A stretch of 64,000 bases of DNA from Octopus bimaculoides (lineage: Eukaryota), in assembly GCF_001194135.2 (NCBI RefSeq), contig NC_068981.1:191943582-192007581 (forward strand), written 5' to 3'. The notes beneath the pieces were generated by a model. It saw only the letters and a program-made list of their open reading frames with translations. It was not told the origin of the DNA and made no database searches. The position numbers and the translations under genes were made by a program. Positions 42,207-56,095 of the stretch are shown piece after piece (positions within the stretch are counted from its first letter, which is position 1; the number at the start of each line of letters is the position of its first letter).

Positions 42207-44459
42207 TTTACAACCATTAGATATTGTCAAGACAAGGATACACACAAATACACATTTATATGTGTGCATGTGCACACACAATTTTAGTTTCCATCTCCCA
42301 AATCCACTCACAATGCTTTGGACAGCTTGGGGCTATAGCAAAAGACCCTTGCCCAAAGTACCACACAGGGGTATTGCTCAAAATCACATGACTGGGGAGA
42401 GATTTTTTTTTTTTAAATTACAAATACTTTTAAAAAAGAAGTTACTTTTTATCCTAAAAGTGAATGTTTTGTAACATATTATTCAGTCAAATGATAAAAG
42501 CCCAATAATAAATCTATGTGATATCAATATGTTCTCCTCCTCCTCCTCCTCCATACAAAGTCTACAATATTTAGTGAAAATTGGTGAAGTTTCCTAATTG
42601 GAATTTTACTGGATTTCTTCACCCTGCTTTTATATGAATATAATATTCATAGTTGTTGTTGCTGAATAACCACAGGTTAGTCCTGATCAATCAGTTTGAT
42701 CAAACCATCCTGGCAATGACCATTTGCCTTTTAGTATACCTAGGTTTACATTCCCTAACATGACATTTTTTTTTTTTAAGATGGTAGGAGTATACCAGAT
42801 CACCTTGAACCTTGTTGATCCTGGAAAGATTTGAACTTGTGATGTAGAGGACAGAAAAAGAAGTTTTCCCATACATCATCCTGTGAAACACCTTGACACA
42901 TCATTCATGATGCTTCATGGAGTTATTAAGTGTTCCAGGTTTTTCAACACCTGGCACCCTCACCCAGCCAGGGCTGCTCAAGCCCCAGTTTGTATCTAGT
43001 TATGCTGCCACTTCCACCTCCTCATCCACAGCCACTTTGAGGCAACCTCCATGACCTCCATGACCTCCATACCCAACTTGATTGTCTTCTGCCTACTGGC
43101 CCGCCATTATGTCCAGTATGTTTAGAAGAACCTAATTTTCTAAACAAAACAATAATATATTTAGGTGATCAAACTGAGAAATAAATATCATAGAATTAAT
43201 TAAGCTATATTCCATTTTGGAATGGTAATTTTTTCCTCAATAGTTAATTAAAACTAATTAGTGTGAAACACCAGCATAAAAATAACATGCAACAATGAAC
43301 TACTTCAAAGTAGGGCACTCCATTTCCGGCACTCAACTATCTCAATTGTTTACAGTATTTAATATTCAGATCAGAAATGAAAAGGAACATGGTAATGGAA
43401 TTTTGGGAAGAATCTTACACTGAAAAAAAATTTTTAATAAAAACAAAAAAAAAGAAAGAAAGAAAAGAAAAATTAAAATACAGCTTTAATGTGTCATTAG
43501 TGTTTGCATATTTTCTGTGCAGGTTTCTTAGTGGCTTAGTTACTGTCTGGTTGATGTTATTTTGAAGAAGAAAAAAAACTTTAAGCTTCATATTATGTAA
43601 ATGATCACATAAACATTTTTTCCCAATGGGATTTGGTATATCTCGTAACCTACTATGTTAACAAAACTCAAATTCTGCTTATCTCTTGCAAAACATAAAA
43701 TTCCACTTTCATTTTATTTATTTATATATATATATATGCACACACATCTATATAACACATTGCATATGTTATGATTAGCTATCTCCAATGGCCTTCTCTC
43801 TTGGAAATCCAATACAGTGTCTGAAGATATAACTAAGCAAGATAACCATTTGCATTAATCTTAATCTGATTTTCGTTACTGTTTGGGGGGGAAAAAAAAA
43901 ATCTTGGTTGTTTAGATGGTGATTTGCAGAGAAGAGAAAATCAAAAATGCAAGATCAGTTTTTTATTTTTTTTATGACAAAACTTTCTACTGACTAAAAA
44001 TCTTGATGAAAACAAAAAAGTCTCAAAAATGTATTCAACAACTATGTTATATACAAAACCCCCAAAAAAACCCAGAAAAATCTAACTTGCTGGAATTGTT
44101 GTTGATGAAACAGAGAAACAAATTTGCCAAAAAAATAAAAAATTAATTTTTAATGTTAAACCTGTTGATTTCTTTTTGCTTTTGCATGTTAAATTCTAAA
44201 TTATTGCTGAGAATATTTTTACTTGTCTATTTCTTTAAAGACTTATAAAGAATGTTTTTTAAAAAAATGTATGCACATTAATCTGCCTCCTGATATTTGC
44301 TTTTAAATAATCATTTCTAATATTTCAATAAAGATTTAAAATAAGCAGCAGTGTAACTATCTTCAATGCTAGCTTCATAAAAAGTACCTTTTATTGTTAA
44401 GCTTTTATATAGCATTGAGGTTTCAAACAGAACACAAGCATTGTTGACAGTGCCATTAA

Positions 44460-44670
44460 CCCCTATGATACCAACCAGCCTGGTTCTAAGATACAAACTC
44501 CCTGTTCTAATGTGAGCTTCATTAGACATTTTCAATCAACATCTTTTACTAATTTACATTCCAGACAACAGCATAATAATGATAAAAATTATTCTAATAA
44601 TTTCGTTATTATTTTCATAATTAATAGAAATAACGACTGTGTTTCACCAGAAATATGATAGATAAAAGGG
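44460..44670. mobile_element. TTAA-type MITE (family A)
   Basis: TTAA 44456-59 and 44671-74. Ends CCCCTATGATACC ... GATAAAAGGG. Confidence 0.8.
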
Positions 44671-45092
44671 TTAAGAACATTATGTGTAGCAAAAACAAAA
44701 GAAAACATTTAAAAAATTATAAAAAAACAAAAGTTGAGAAATCAAAAAACAAACCGGCAAGTTTAATTTCTATTTTTCATAGATATCAAAAAAGTTGCTA
44801 TTCAGTGGAATAAAATGAAATAAGGCTAACTTTTATTCCTGTAATTTATCATCAAAATAATTTTCATGTTTGTTTGATGTTCATTTCCTCCATACTAGCA
44901 GTGGACAAAAGCCAGATGCCCTTCCAGTTGCTAACCCTTACCTGTTTTACAAGATAGGGAGATTTTTTTTATATACTACATGTCTTTGAATGTTGTTGAC
45001 TGGGAATATCAACAAACATCAGTCTTTTTTTTTTTTAAACTTTTCACACAAAGCAAATAATGTATATGCACAAACAGATATACATTTACACA

Positions 45093-45143
<51 letters not shown>

Positions 45144-46344
45144 ATGTCCACTTTGGCACCTCAACACCACTATTTTTATCTCTTTCTAGTTCCACCCTTT
45201 CTTCTATAATGTGAGTAGCTGTGTAGCTCCCCTGCAGCATAAACTTGCTCTAGACCATTCTCTCTCATTTCACTTGGAGTTTGTAGTTTTGCAAGTGGTA
45301 TAATAACCTTTGAAAAAATGCAACCAGAACACATTGTTAATAGGTTGGCATTAGGAAGAGCATCCAGCCATAGAAACCATGCCAAAGTAGGCAGCATGGT
45401 ACAATGCAGTCCCTGGAATCACCATATCCTATGAAACTGTTGAACCCATGCCAACACAGAACATGGATGCTAAATGATGAGGACCACACACACATAAGAC
45501 AGTTTCTGTCTACTAATTTCACTGTAGTCTAAGGCTTCAAGACATTTTGCCCAAGGTGCTATGCAGTGGAATAGAACTCAAGCCCATGTGGTAACAAAGC
45601 AAACTTCATATCCATGCAGCCATGTCTGTAACTGGCTATGAATGGGAAATTAAAATTTCTGAAAGTAACTGCAGAGAATCTGAAGAAAATTAGCAGTCTT
45701 TTGTAATTGTTACTATCAATGTTTTGTAGGATTATATTAAAGGGATTTAGTGCTAAAGTAATGAAATTAAGATGTGGAAAAGATAGGTAGGATTTCGAAA
45801 AGAAGTGGAAATAAGGGAGTTGTTGAATGCAATAAAACAATCTAATGGATATGTGTGTGAATTTAAAAGATAGATTGTACTGAAATCATCATTCCATGTT
45901 TGCAGGGATCACATGGAATTCATTGAGGCAGATTTAATACAGTCAGATGTCCTTCCTGTTACCAACTTTCACATCTTTCCAAGCGAAGTAATAGTTTCCC
46001 TTGACCAGAAATGTTTCTCATGAAAAACTGTGAATGCACAACATTGCTTATATGACGATAATGCTTGTCTACAATTATCACAGGCTGTCAAGATGAGGGC
46101 ACACACAAACACATACAATGGGCTTTTTTCAGTTTCTATCAATCAAATCTACTGACAAGGGTTTCATCAGCTAAGGTTTTAGTATAAGACACTTACCCAA
46201 GATGCCACACAATGGAATTGAACCTGAAACCACGTGCTTGAGAAGTGAACTACTCAATTCAAATGAGAAATATTTAATAGTGTAAGAAAGCATGTTATGG
46301 TAATGTGAACCTGAAAAATGAGTAACCCATCAAGAGTTGATAAA

Positions 46345-46610
46345 GGTTAATCACATGATCACCGTGTGACCAACCAGATTATCAGATGTTTTTCACATTG
46401 CACTTTGTGTCATTTTAGCCTTTGAATGATGCCACCACACTGGCTACGGAAGCAGGCTAACATTCCCCCAAATTTAAAGGGGGACTGGAGCAATGTGAAA
46501 AAAAAGTGTTTTGCTCAAGAACACAACATGCCATCTGGTCTGCAAATCGAACCCATGATCTAGTGACTGTGAGTACAACAGCTTAACCTCTAGGCAATGT
46601 GCCTTCACAA
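46345..46610 (-). mobile_element. Third tRNA-like SINE family copy
   Basis: Minus strand gtgaaggcacattgcctagaggttaag...catgggttcgatttgc...gttgtgttcttgagcaaaacactt. A related plus-strand copy at about 48045-48190 has an A-box-like TGGCTTAGTGG. Confidence 0.6.
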
Positions 46611-47569
46611 TAAAGGTTAATATTGAATATAAAACAAAGAAAATACCAAAGTTCTAATTGGTGCAAATAGATCTGAAGGACTGAGGCAGCTGAAGTGTGG
46701 TTAAATTTGAGGTTTTACAGGCTTAATACCATCATGAAATGATATACAATCTGAAATGATATACACGTGCGCGCACACAGAATCACAGAAACAGAGGAGG
46801 AAAATAAGTGAGTGCATGTACATATATATTTTGAGAGAAGGGTTAATGTGTGATGGTGAACTTGCTTAATATAAAATCAACATAAAATGTAATTTTGCTT
46901 TCAATTTTTTTCTTTTTAATTTTTGAATACTGTTGTTTTTGTAAATTTCATTTTAAGATAATACAAATTTACCTTGCGAACATTATTATTAATTTCATCA
47001 TTTTGTCTATAAGTAGCAAGAAACTTGATAAAAGTTAAATTATTGTATGCTACAAGCCTTATTTCCTGATATTGCCCATGATGGTAAAAATATACTTCTA
47101 AAGTTACTCATGATCATATGAGAAACACGATATTCTATAATCTTCAGATTTTACACTGAAAATATACTTAAGACTTCAAAGCAGAAAAGTAATCAGAATA
47201 TATGTTTATATAATCAACTATAAATTATAATCAGCGAAATTTGAGTGAAAAATTACTTTTTTTTTTTTGATGCATGAAAGATTTTTACATTAATTGTAAC
47301 TATATCAATGGAGGAAAAAAAACATTTGTTTTTAAAGATGGATTGATGATGATAAATGACTGAATGAATGGTAATCTTAACCTTAAAAAATGTATGTTTA
47401 AGGTTTAAATTAAGAAACAGCTATCTTTAATTTTTATCTTAATTACTGCTCACATGATTGAGATTAATTATTTCTCTCTCCCACCCATCAGGTAACAAAA
47501 ATAAGCTATTTTTAATGCCCAATGCTCCCTCCAGCATTCAATTACATCTACTCTTAATTAAAGAGACTC

Positions 47570-47645
<76 letters not shown>

Positions 47646-48931
47646 GTTCGATAAATATAGAATATCTAGGAATGAGGAGACACCATGAATATAAAAAGAT
47701 TTTCCCTACACAGGTGTAAACTTAAATGAAATACATGTCATAAAAATTCTATTTTGTGATAAACCCTTCAAGTTCGCAAAGCTACATTTAATACTAAATC
47801 CCTTCTATCAAAATCAACAAAGTGCAACATCAATTCCTTAGTTTGATAGAAATAGAATGAAACTGAGCAAATTCTAATGTTGTTCTTAGAATAATTGCTT
47901 TTAGCAAACAAATAACACAAATACTGAAATACATTTCAAGATTACTTGTAACGTTGAAGAACTAGAATTCTTATGCTTACATAAAGTAATTAGATTAATT
48001 TCATTTATTTACACTGTAATTGGTTTTACTTAACATTATTTCATGGAAGGCAAGTGGCTTAGTGGTTAGAGTGCTGAGACCACAATCATAAAGTTACTGG
48101 GCTCAATTCCTGGAATGAGTAATGTCATATGTCTGAGTGAAGCACTTCATTTCAAATTGCACTAGTCCACTCAGCTGTAAATGGGCACCAATTGAATGCT
48201 AGTACAGCCTTCTCTTCCTCCAACACCATATCCTCAATGTTCTATTAAACCAAGATGATTCAGCATGGTTTATTATTGTCATGGCTGGGATGAGAAAGCT
48301 TATATGTCTACTCACAACTACATCAATACCTACAACAATTAGAGAAAGCATTGAGACCAGTTACTTAACCATACTCAAACAGAGGTGATGGCTGGTCCTA
48401 CTTTATAGATTTCAATTAGTTTTCAAGAGAACAAGGTCCATCATCATCAGTTACCATCCATCTCCCATATCCGCATTGGCTGAACAGAGACAAGATCTTA
48501 TGAGCTGCAGGACTGCTTCGGTCTCCAGTGTTTGGTTTGGCATAACTGAAAGCCTTTCCTGATGCCAACCACTTTACAGACATACTGGGTGGGTTTTGTT
48601 TTTGTTTTTTTCTTTTCTTGAGGCACTAGTGAAGTCTCTAAGTAACTTCCAAGACCAAGGAAAAACTGTCAACTGAGTGAGGAGTGAAGTCGAGAGGGAG
48701 GTGGATTTATGCCAGGTGTTGAGAGGTTAAAGTATGACAGGGGGACAGGCATAGTTGTCCTTGTTATAGAAGAGATATATAGCTACCCTCCACTATATCA
48801 TATAAAGGTGGGTGGGAGTAGCTAGAAAGACGAGAATGATGATGAGGTGTCAGAGGGTAGTCTCAAGATATCATGAGGAAAATGTATTTTAGGTCTTGAA
48901 AATGTGAAGTGCTCATCAAAGGACCATGTAC

Positions 48932-48970
<39 letters not shown>

Positions 48971-50487
48971 CATAGAAAAAATATGGACAAGGAATTGGGA
49001 AGAGTAGATGGCTATAGAAAAATGTAGTGAATAGAATAAGGGTGGAGGTGTGGTTGATAATAAATATCAGCATGGCAGGAAGGAAGGTGAAAGGATAGGA
49101 ACTGCTCAGGAAGAAGGAGGTAATAAGTTGATAAGTGGCAGTACGGGGAAGGGAGAAAAGCAAGGAAACTTTGAGAAGGAAAAAAAAAACAAAATGTGAT
49201 AAATAAATAAGTTTTATAGGAAAACTTCTATTTGACATATTTATCGTTTGAGAAATTAACAACCAGCAGCTAAAAACTCTTCTTGATAGCTTAATACTGG
49301 TTGCTTTTAAGTCTCCTCAGTTTAGCACAAAATGGCAGCAGCTTGTTGTGATTGGCTGACATTTCTAAATCAATGAACACACAGACATTATCTGTCCTGT
49401 CAAAGCAAATCATTTAGCTTCAATGAATTCTCCAAGTTCAAATTATTCCTTTTCATCTCATTAATGTCTGTGGCTGTGTTATAAAGACACATCCATACAC
49501 TTCTTCATTATAACCACCAATGCAGCCAGCATACAGTACTATCTTTTCCATTTAATCCTCGTTGACATAATGGCTATTGTTGAAAATGTCTAAATCTACA
49601 TAACCCTACTGAGCATCTGGTTAGGGGTTTGTTTTGTTTTTGACGCCATATAATCCATTTGTCTTATTTGCACAAACATTTATGCAAATCATAAAACGCC
49701 AGACTTGTGATATTCTATAATAACTACCTTACATAATCAACAAGTCCAGTTTTAAATATAGAAATGTAAATTGAATATATAGACAACTAAATGGGTGTTT
49801 GAATATAGAAATTAAAAAGAATACTGGTATTGCAATACTGTCGATGTTCCAAAATATTTTATTCAATAATAATAAATATATGTGAAAGTTATCCATAAAA
49901 AATATATCTACTTGGATTTGTTATTTACAAAAAACCCATATTCATATTTTAATATCTCTTTCAGATTATACATACACACACATATATATATGTATGTATG
50001 TATCAGAATAGGCTTGCTAATGAAAACTAAGCTAGCTTCATAAATGGAAGCCAGTTTAGCTAGTGCTACTTAATGATTCCTTACAGGTATGTCTACATAT
50101 TGATGAATGCGCGCGTGTGTGTGTGTTTGTGTGTGCACGCGCACGCATGCATGAGTATGTAACAAGCAATCTATATAGCTCTGGCCTCTTTGATAGTAGG
50201 CAAGTTTATTAAGTGCAAAATTGGATACTAAGTAGATAAGGAAATGAAATGCAGCCAGGAGGTAAATTGCAGCCAATAAAATTACTTCTATAAACTTTAG
50301 TCAATGCTTTCAGGCAATTAGAGCAAAAGTAAGCAAAACCAAATGAAATTCATTAGAAAATTCTCAGTTTCAAATTATCTCCCTTATTAAATGTAGTTAT
50401 TTCAGCTATGATATTACAGAATAATAAACCATGCTGAATGAGTTGAAGAATGTTTGTTTTGCAATTATTAACATTGTTAATAATTAC

Positions 50488-50695
50488 AGGTGGTAAGCTG
50501 GTAGAATCATTAGCACACTGGATGAAATGCTTAGTTGCAATTTGTCTATTTGTTGTGTTCAAATTCTGCCATGGTTGATTTTGCCTTTCAACCTTTTTGG
50601 GTTGATAAAATAAGTATCAGTTAAGCACTGGAGTCAACGTAATCAACTTACCACCGCCTCGAAATTGCTGACCTTGTACCAAAATTAGAAACCAA
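50488..50695 (+). mobile_element. Second SINE family (Meta/MESC-like core)
   Basis: ggtggtaagctggtagaatcattagcac...gttcaaattctgcc...ttttgcctttcaacctttttgggttgataaaataagtatcag. Other copies lie near 14245-14445 (+) and 9172-9368 (-). Confidence 0.72.
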
Positions 50696-51086
50696 TAATT
50701 CCAGAAGGAGGTTATGACAAACAAAACCCTAATGACTAACCCTTATGGTACCAGCCTGCCCAAGACTGCTCCTGGTTCTATGACACAAAGCTTCTTGCTT
50801 TAACCCTTTAGTGTTCAGATTAATCCGTCAAATGTAATGCTTATTTCACATTATTTTGAATTATTCAAGTTCAAGACGGATGTTCACAATATTTGCTTGT
50901 AACTTTGTTAATTTTTTATATACAGATTTGAAATTTTGTCAGTGGGTGCTTGTATACCAGTGGTTTATAGTTATGTGATTTTAGCTGATCTTTCTGATTA
51001 AATTTGACTTTTATGGGCAGATAAATTTAATTAACAAGTGTAAAAGCAAGAATATTATGAATAAACACTAAAATTGAAATTCTTAA

Positions 51087-51291
51087 CACTTTCAATACCA
51101 AACTGGCTGAAACCACCTCTGGCTCTGTAGTACAAATGTCTTATTTTCATTAGTTTTCAATTAAAATCTTAGTCACAATTTATGTTCCTAACACTAGCTT
51201 AATGATTAAGTTATTTTACTAAATTCTTTGTTATATTTAAAATTAATTGAAAGAAATAGAGCATCTCAAAATAAATATGGTAACAAAAGGG
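51087..51291. mobile_element. TTAA-type MITE (family B) nested in the piggyBac
   Basis: TTAA 51083-86 and 51292-95. Ends CACTTTCAATACC ... GGTAACAAAAGGG. No coding capacity. Confidence 0.8.
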
Positions 51292-51860
51292 TTAATGCAT
51301 CTAACCTGTTTGGTTTGTTACTAAAATTATCCCAGATGTCAACCACCAACAATTTTGCCACTTTTCAAGATGAGGTACATTAATTTGAATTAATTAAAAT
51401 ACAGGTATCACTCAAACATTCTCATTGAAAATAAATTACAACTCTTACTAGTCAATATACCATTGGCTGTGTACTCTTATACAATTTAATGAATACATTT
51501 ACATAACAGAATGCATCTAATAAAAAAAGCTCATTAACAGGTGAGACAAAGGTGAGTATAGGTATGTAAAATACTGAAAATTAATATTACTCACTTTTAC
51601 ATATTATTTGTAATAAAATGAAAGGAATGATAGTATTACTATCAAACAACAAAATATAGTTATGTCATATTTCTATCATGACACTGTCCTAAGCACCTTT
51701 TAAATAAGGGCACTTAGCAAAATGAACACATAGATGAGGTCTCAACCTGATATCCTTTTGCAGTTCTTTTTTGCAGCAAACAGTCTGCAAACTTTTTACC
51801 TTCCATTTATTTTTTCTACTTTATTGGAGTCACTGTTTCCTCTGTTGACATCCACCTCTG

Positions 51861-52549
51861 TTAATGATGCTTTTCTCCCAGTTCTGTGCTTGCTTTCTGG
51901 AAGACAAGACCTCACATAACGGAGACATGATGACAACCCGAAATTTCAAATGGTCATAGTCCTTTGATGGCAGAGGTACATTGTGGCTTTTTACATAAAC
52001 AATATATGAATTAGCTATAGTTAGACATAATTCTGGAGATATATGGATCATCATACCTTATATCAGGACTCCAATAGTTCCATAGTCAAGGAAGCTGCTT
52101 GATACCAAGCAATATTTATAGTAAAAAAAAAAAAAAAAAAAGCTCACAGTATCAGTTGGTTGCCTCAGTGGATTGGGTCTTCCATGAATAGAAATTATGT
52201 GTTGAGTATATTTATTTGTTTCTTCTGCAACAGTTTCAAAAAAACTCTTTGGTAAAAATAAAAATAAATAGTCCAATGCTTGAACATCAGGAGATAGACT
52301 GTGTTGTGGACTAGTCTTTTCTGCGAAATTGGGAATTCTGGTTGATGTAGTAATCTTCAACCATGTTGCAGTAATGTTTTCAATATCATTTTCATCACTT
52401 TCATTCTCAAAATCTTCCTCGTCTGACGAAGATTCATAATTATCAATATTAGATTCATCCAAAGACAAATCACTGTTGTTTTCATTCATATTTTGTGCAT
52501 CATCAAGAGTAAAACCTTCAAAGTCAGAATCACTACTTCCTGATGTCAT
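51861..52549 (-). pseudogene. piggyBac (PGBD-like) transposase remnant: acidic N-terminus plus start of the DDE_Tnp_1_7-type region joined to a Cys-rich C-terminus, catalytic core missing
   Basis: ORF MTSGSSDSDFEGF...ALDYLFLFLPKSFFETVAEETNKYTQ. After an A19 tract (52123-41) another frame reads ILLGIKQLP*LWNYWSPDIRYDDPYISRIMS, then DYDHLKFR, then directly a frameshifted CPLCEVxLC...NCWEKHH*-like C-terminus. Confidence 0.85.
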
Positions 52550-54014
52550 ATCATTAAAAAACTAAGGTATACAATTCTCTTCAAATGTAGAAAAAGACCA
52601 AAGAAGTCCCGAAAATTTCATGGTATTTTCACTTGAATAAAGGCAGGAAAGGTTTTATCTCACATTATCTCAAAGCTATGAGAATTCAATAACATGATTC
52701 GTTTATTTTCTTTTTAGCGATTTCATAGAGGAATCAAATACAGCCAGATTTGGCTGGTTCAAACAAATAAGGGGAAATTATTTTCAGCTGGTTTTCACCA
52801 ATCTGAGCACTAAAGAGTTAAAGTGACCTAAATTAAAACCTTCCTTCAAAATTTCATGCGCATTTATGTTCCAAATACAAGATCAATAATGACAAAAAGT
52901 ATTTTTCTAATTTCTTCATCAATATTTAATGCCCATATTCCATGCTAGCATGGGTTGGATCATCAGACCGGAATTGATGGATCCAAGGACCATATCATGC
53001 TTCACTGTTTCCATTATTTTCAGAATTAATGAAAACAAAGGAAGAGTATTTCATTTTTGTATTTGGTTTGCGAGATTCTTTATGTGAACTTATGACTTGA
53101 AATGTATTTCGTTGAATTTTATGCCAGTAATAAACATACACTGACCTTATTTCCCTTTTGTTATTTTTATTTGTCACTTTAACTATTTAACAAATTAACT
53201 AATCATTTGATTAATTATTCAGTTAATCAGTCAACTAGATTAGAACCAGTTCATGCATGCATTTAACGATGGCATAATGCCTCCTCCCCCTCTATACAAC
53301 AAACAAGGAAGTGTAATTTCTTCAAAAATATGAGAATGAAAGGGTTAAAAGAAAAACATAAAATCAAAACAATTATAGATCTATTAATTCTTAACATGTC
53401 CCAGCAGATTTGAACATGAATATGCTATTTGCTTTTTGTCTTCAAAGAACAATATCTCTATACAGGCAATCTTAATGTTTGAAGTGTCTTGGTGACAAAT
53501 ATCCTCAGACAGAAGAGATTTGTACACATAAAGTGAAAAATAGCACAAGAACAGAGTGAGTACAAAATTTTTTTAAACATCAAATTGAAAGAAAAGCAGG
53601 AAATTTTAAGGTATTTTTTATTTATTTGGAATTGTGTGACAAATTGACATTTCCTAAAAGTAAAAAGCATTTATCAGCTGACCGGTCATTTTTATCAAGA
53701 AGTGAGCAATAAATTTAAAATTAGTTCCAAATACTTCCTATTTATTATTGACTTTAATACTGAGATAAAGGGGATACCACATCTTATAAATTGTTGTCTT
53801 TCACACATAAAGATAGATTCTAAAATGTAAGTGTAGTTTTGTCATACCATAACTAATTGAGCCTTGAGGTAAACTTTAGAAAGCTTCTAATAGAAAAATT
53901 CTAGATTCTAAAACAACGCATGAAGATAATTTCTAAATGGAGCCTTTTAATTTACATACTGCTATCACAGGAAAGACTTCTGAATACACACATGCATACA
54001 CAAACAAATATGCA

Positions 54015-54047
<33 letters not shown>

Positions 54048-54120
54048 GTATATATATATATGTATATATGTATATATATATATATGTATATATATATGTA
54101 TATATGTATATATATATGTA

Positions 54121-54164
<44 letters not shown>

Positions 54165-54184
54165 NNNNNNNNNNTATATATGTA

Positions 54185-54254
<70 letters not shown>

Positions 54255-54992
54255 CATATACACACACACACATATATATATAACCACTTATATTATGACG
54301 TTCAAACCTCAAGGGTATGCCCTGGCACTTGCCACTATCTATATCTCTCTCTCTCTTTCTCTTTTCCTTTACTCAACCATCCCATTTATATTCTGATCCT
54401 CGTTCCTTTCGAGTATGCTCGGCACTTTGCCACCATCTCTATCTTGCTGTCTCCTACTCTCTCTCTCTTTCTCCTTCCCCTGCACTTCCCTCAGGTTTGA
54501 TAACCATGTATTTCCTTTGTAGCAGTGCACCTATTTCTGTCTTCCTTCCTGATCTCTCTCACACTCTCTCTCTCCAGTTGAGTAACCTTGTACCTCCTCT
54601 GCAGCAAGACACCTGTTTCTGTCTCTGTCTCACTATAACCTTTCATCATCTGACACAAGATCACTCCCTCCAATGCTCCTCTCCTCTCAAAGAAGATTTT
54701 TTTTGCCTTGCAAGTACTTGGTAACCCAGTCAGTGCAGGTGCCACTTAAAAGTACCCAGTCCACACTGTTAAGTGGTTGGCATTTTGAAGGGCATCCAAC
54801 TGTAAAAACCTTGCCAAAACTGACCTCAACTATGCTTGTGCCACATTAAAAGTGCTAAGTCTACTCTGCTGAATGATTGGAGTTAAGAAGGGCATCCAGC
54901 TGTAAAAATATTGCCAAAACAGTTGCAGAAGTCTGGTGCAGGTTTCTGCCTGGCTGGCTCCTGTCACATCATCCCACCCATGCCAGCATGCA

Positions 54993-55170
54993 ATAATAGT
55001 GGAATTTAAGACAGGCTGCCCCTGGGAGCTCCTCTATGCTGATGACCTTGTTCTTAAGGCTGATTCACTATCAGAACTAGAGAAGAAATTTCAAGTGTGG
55101 AAGCAAGGCCTGGAATCAAAGGGCCTTAGAGTTAGCCTAACAAAAACCAAAGAATTAGTAAGTAGGAGAG
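54993..55170 (+). mobile_element. RTE LINE reverse transcriptase fragment
   Basis: IVEFKTGCPWELLYADDLVLKADSLSELEKKFQVWKQGLESKGLRVSLTKTKELVSR (YADD motif). Confidence 0.88.
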
Positions 55171-55440
55171 CAGTAGGGATTTGTGATTTGTCTGCTCTCC
55201 TACTTACTAATTCTTTACTGTACTTGAGAAAACCCATCAACCCATGTCAGTGGGACATAAAAAGCATCATTCAAGAGTTGGGCCTCACGGAGGCAATGTG
55301 ACTGATGCCAGTGTCACATAACTAGCACTCAAGTGTTGGGCCTCATGAAGGTAATGTGGCCAATGCCAGTGTTGCGTAACTAGCACCTGTGCCGGTGGTA
55401 CATAAAAAGCTCCTTTCAAGCGTTGCACCTCATGGAAACA

Positions 55441-55736
55441 ATGACAAATGACTGAGACCTTTGGTGATATGCTGTGCTTGAGAAAAAGACCCATCAAGCC
55501 AAGTGAAATTGTAGTCATAGCAGACACTGGTGTCAAGCAACTGGCACCCATGCTGGTGGTATGTAAAAGCATCCACTACACTCTCAGACCAGTTGGTATT
55601 AGGAAGGGCATCCAGCCATAGAAACTATGCCAAATCAGACTGGAGTCTGGTGCAGCCCCTCAGCTTACCAGCCCTAGTCAAACTATCCAACCCATGCCAG
55701 CATGGACAATGGACATTAATTGATGATGATGATGAT
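55441..55736 (+). mobile_element. RTE LINE ORF end plus 3' UTR with (GAT)n tail
   Basis: The ORF end (D)LW*YAVLEKKTHQAK* parallels 17548-17600. It is followed by ggaagggcatccagc...cccatgccagcatgg...ttaa(tga)n. Confidence 0.8.
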
Positions 55737-55925
55737 TATCATCGTCTTTTAACATCCATGTTTCATGCTGGCATGAATTAGATGGCTTGACAGGATCTAA
55801 TGGGTCTAAGGATTACTTTGTGTTTCAACTGTCTATTTTAGCATGGTTTCTATGTGTGGATGCCCTTCCTAATGCCAACATTCTACAGAGTGTACTGGGT
55901 GCATTTTTCATGGCACCAGCACACG
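55737..55925 (-). mobile_element. RTE 3' UTR copy, tail-to-tail with the preceding copy
   Basis: Reverse complement of the same (GAT)n-tailed 3' UTR; 38/44 identity over 55592-55635 vs 55836-55879. Confidence 0.8.
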
Positions 55926-56064
55926 GGAAGTCACTATGTGGTCCCAAGTTCATTACCACTATGTGGTATTTTGAGCAAGTGTCCTCTACTATAGCCTCAG
56001 GCCATCCAGATTCTTGAATGAGAATTTGATACTTGAAAACTAAAAGCTCATTACTCATTCATAC

Positions 56065-56095
<31 letters not shown>

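Larger units (their letters stand above)
50804..52817 (-). mobile_element. piggyBac-like DNA transposon, internally deleted, about 2.0 kb
   Basis: TTAA at 50800-03 and 52818-21. Terminal inverted repeats CCCTTTAGTGTTCAG / CTCTTTAGTGCTCAG (13/15). Contains a transposase remnant and a nested MITE. Confidence 0.85.
50740..53052. mobile_element. TTAA-type MITE (family A) split by the piggyBac and by a short RTE-tail fragment (about 52916-53011); 3' end truncated
   Basis: Removing 50804-52821 rejoins aagcttcttgctttaa|agtgacctaaattaaaaccttcc, collinear with the copies at 24311, 44460 and 40983 (reverse). Confidence 0.75.

Noticed and set aside
53920-54500. Cluster of long ORFs (up to 187 aa) on both strands
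   Set aside because: They are translations of (AT)n/(AC)n microsatellite across an N gap. The same applies to the ORFs at 4987-5257, 5903-6357, 9971-10420, 28677-28926, 31375-31752, 40142-40464 and 59167-59613.
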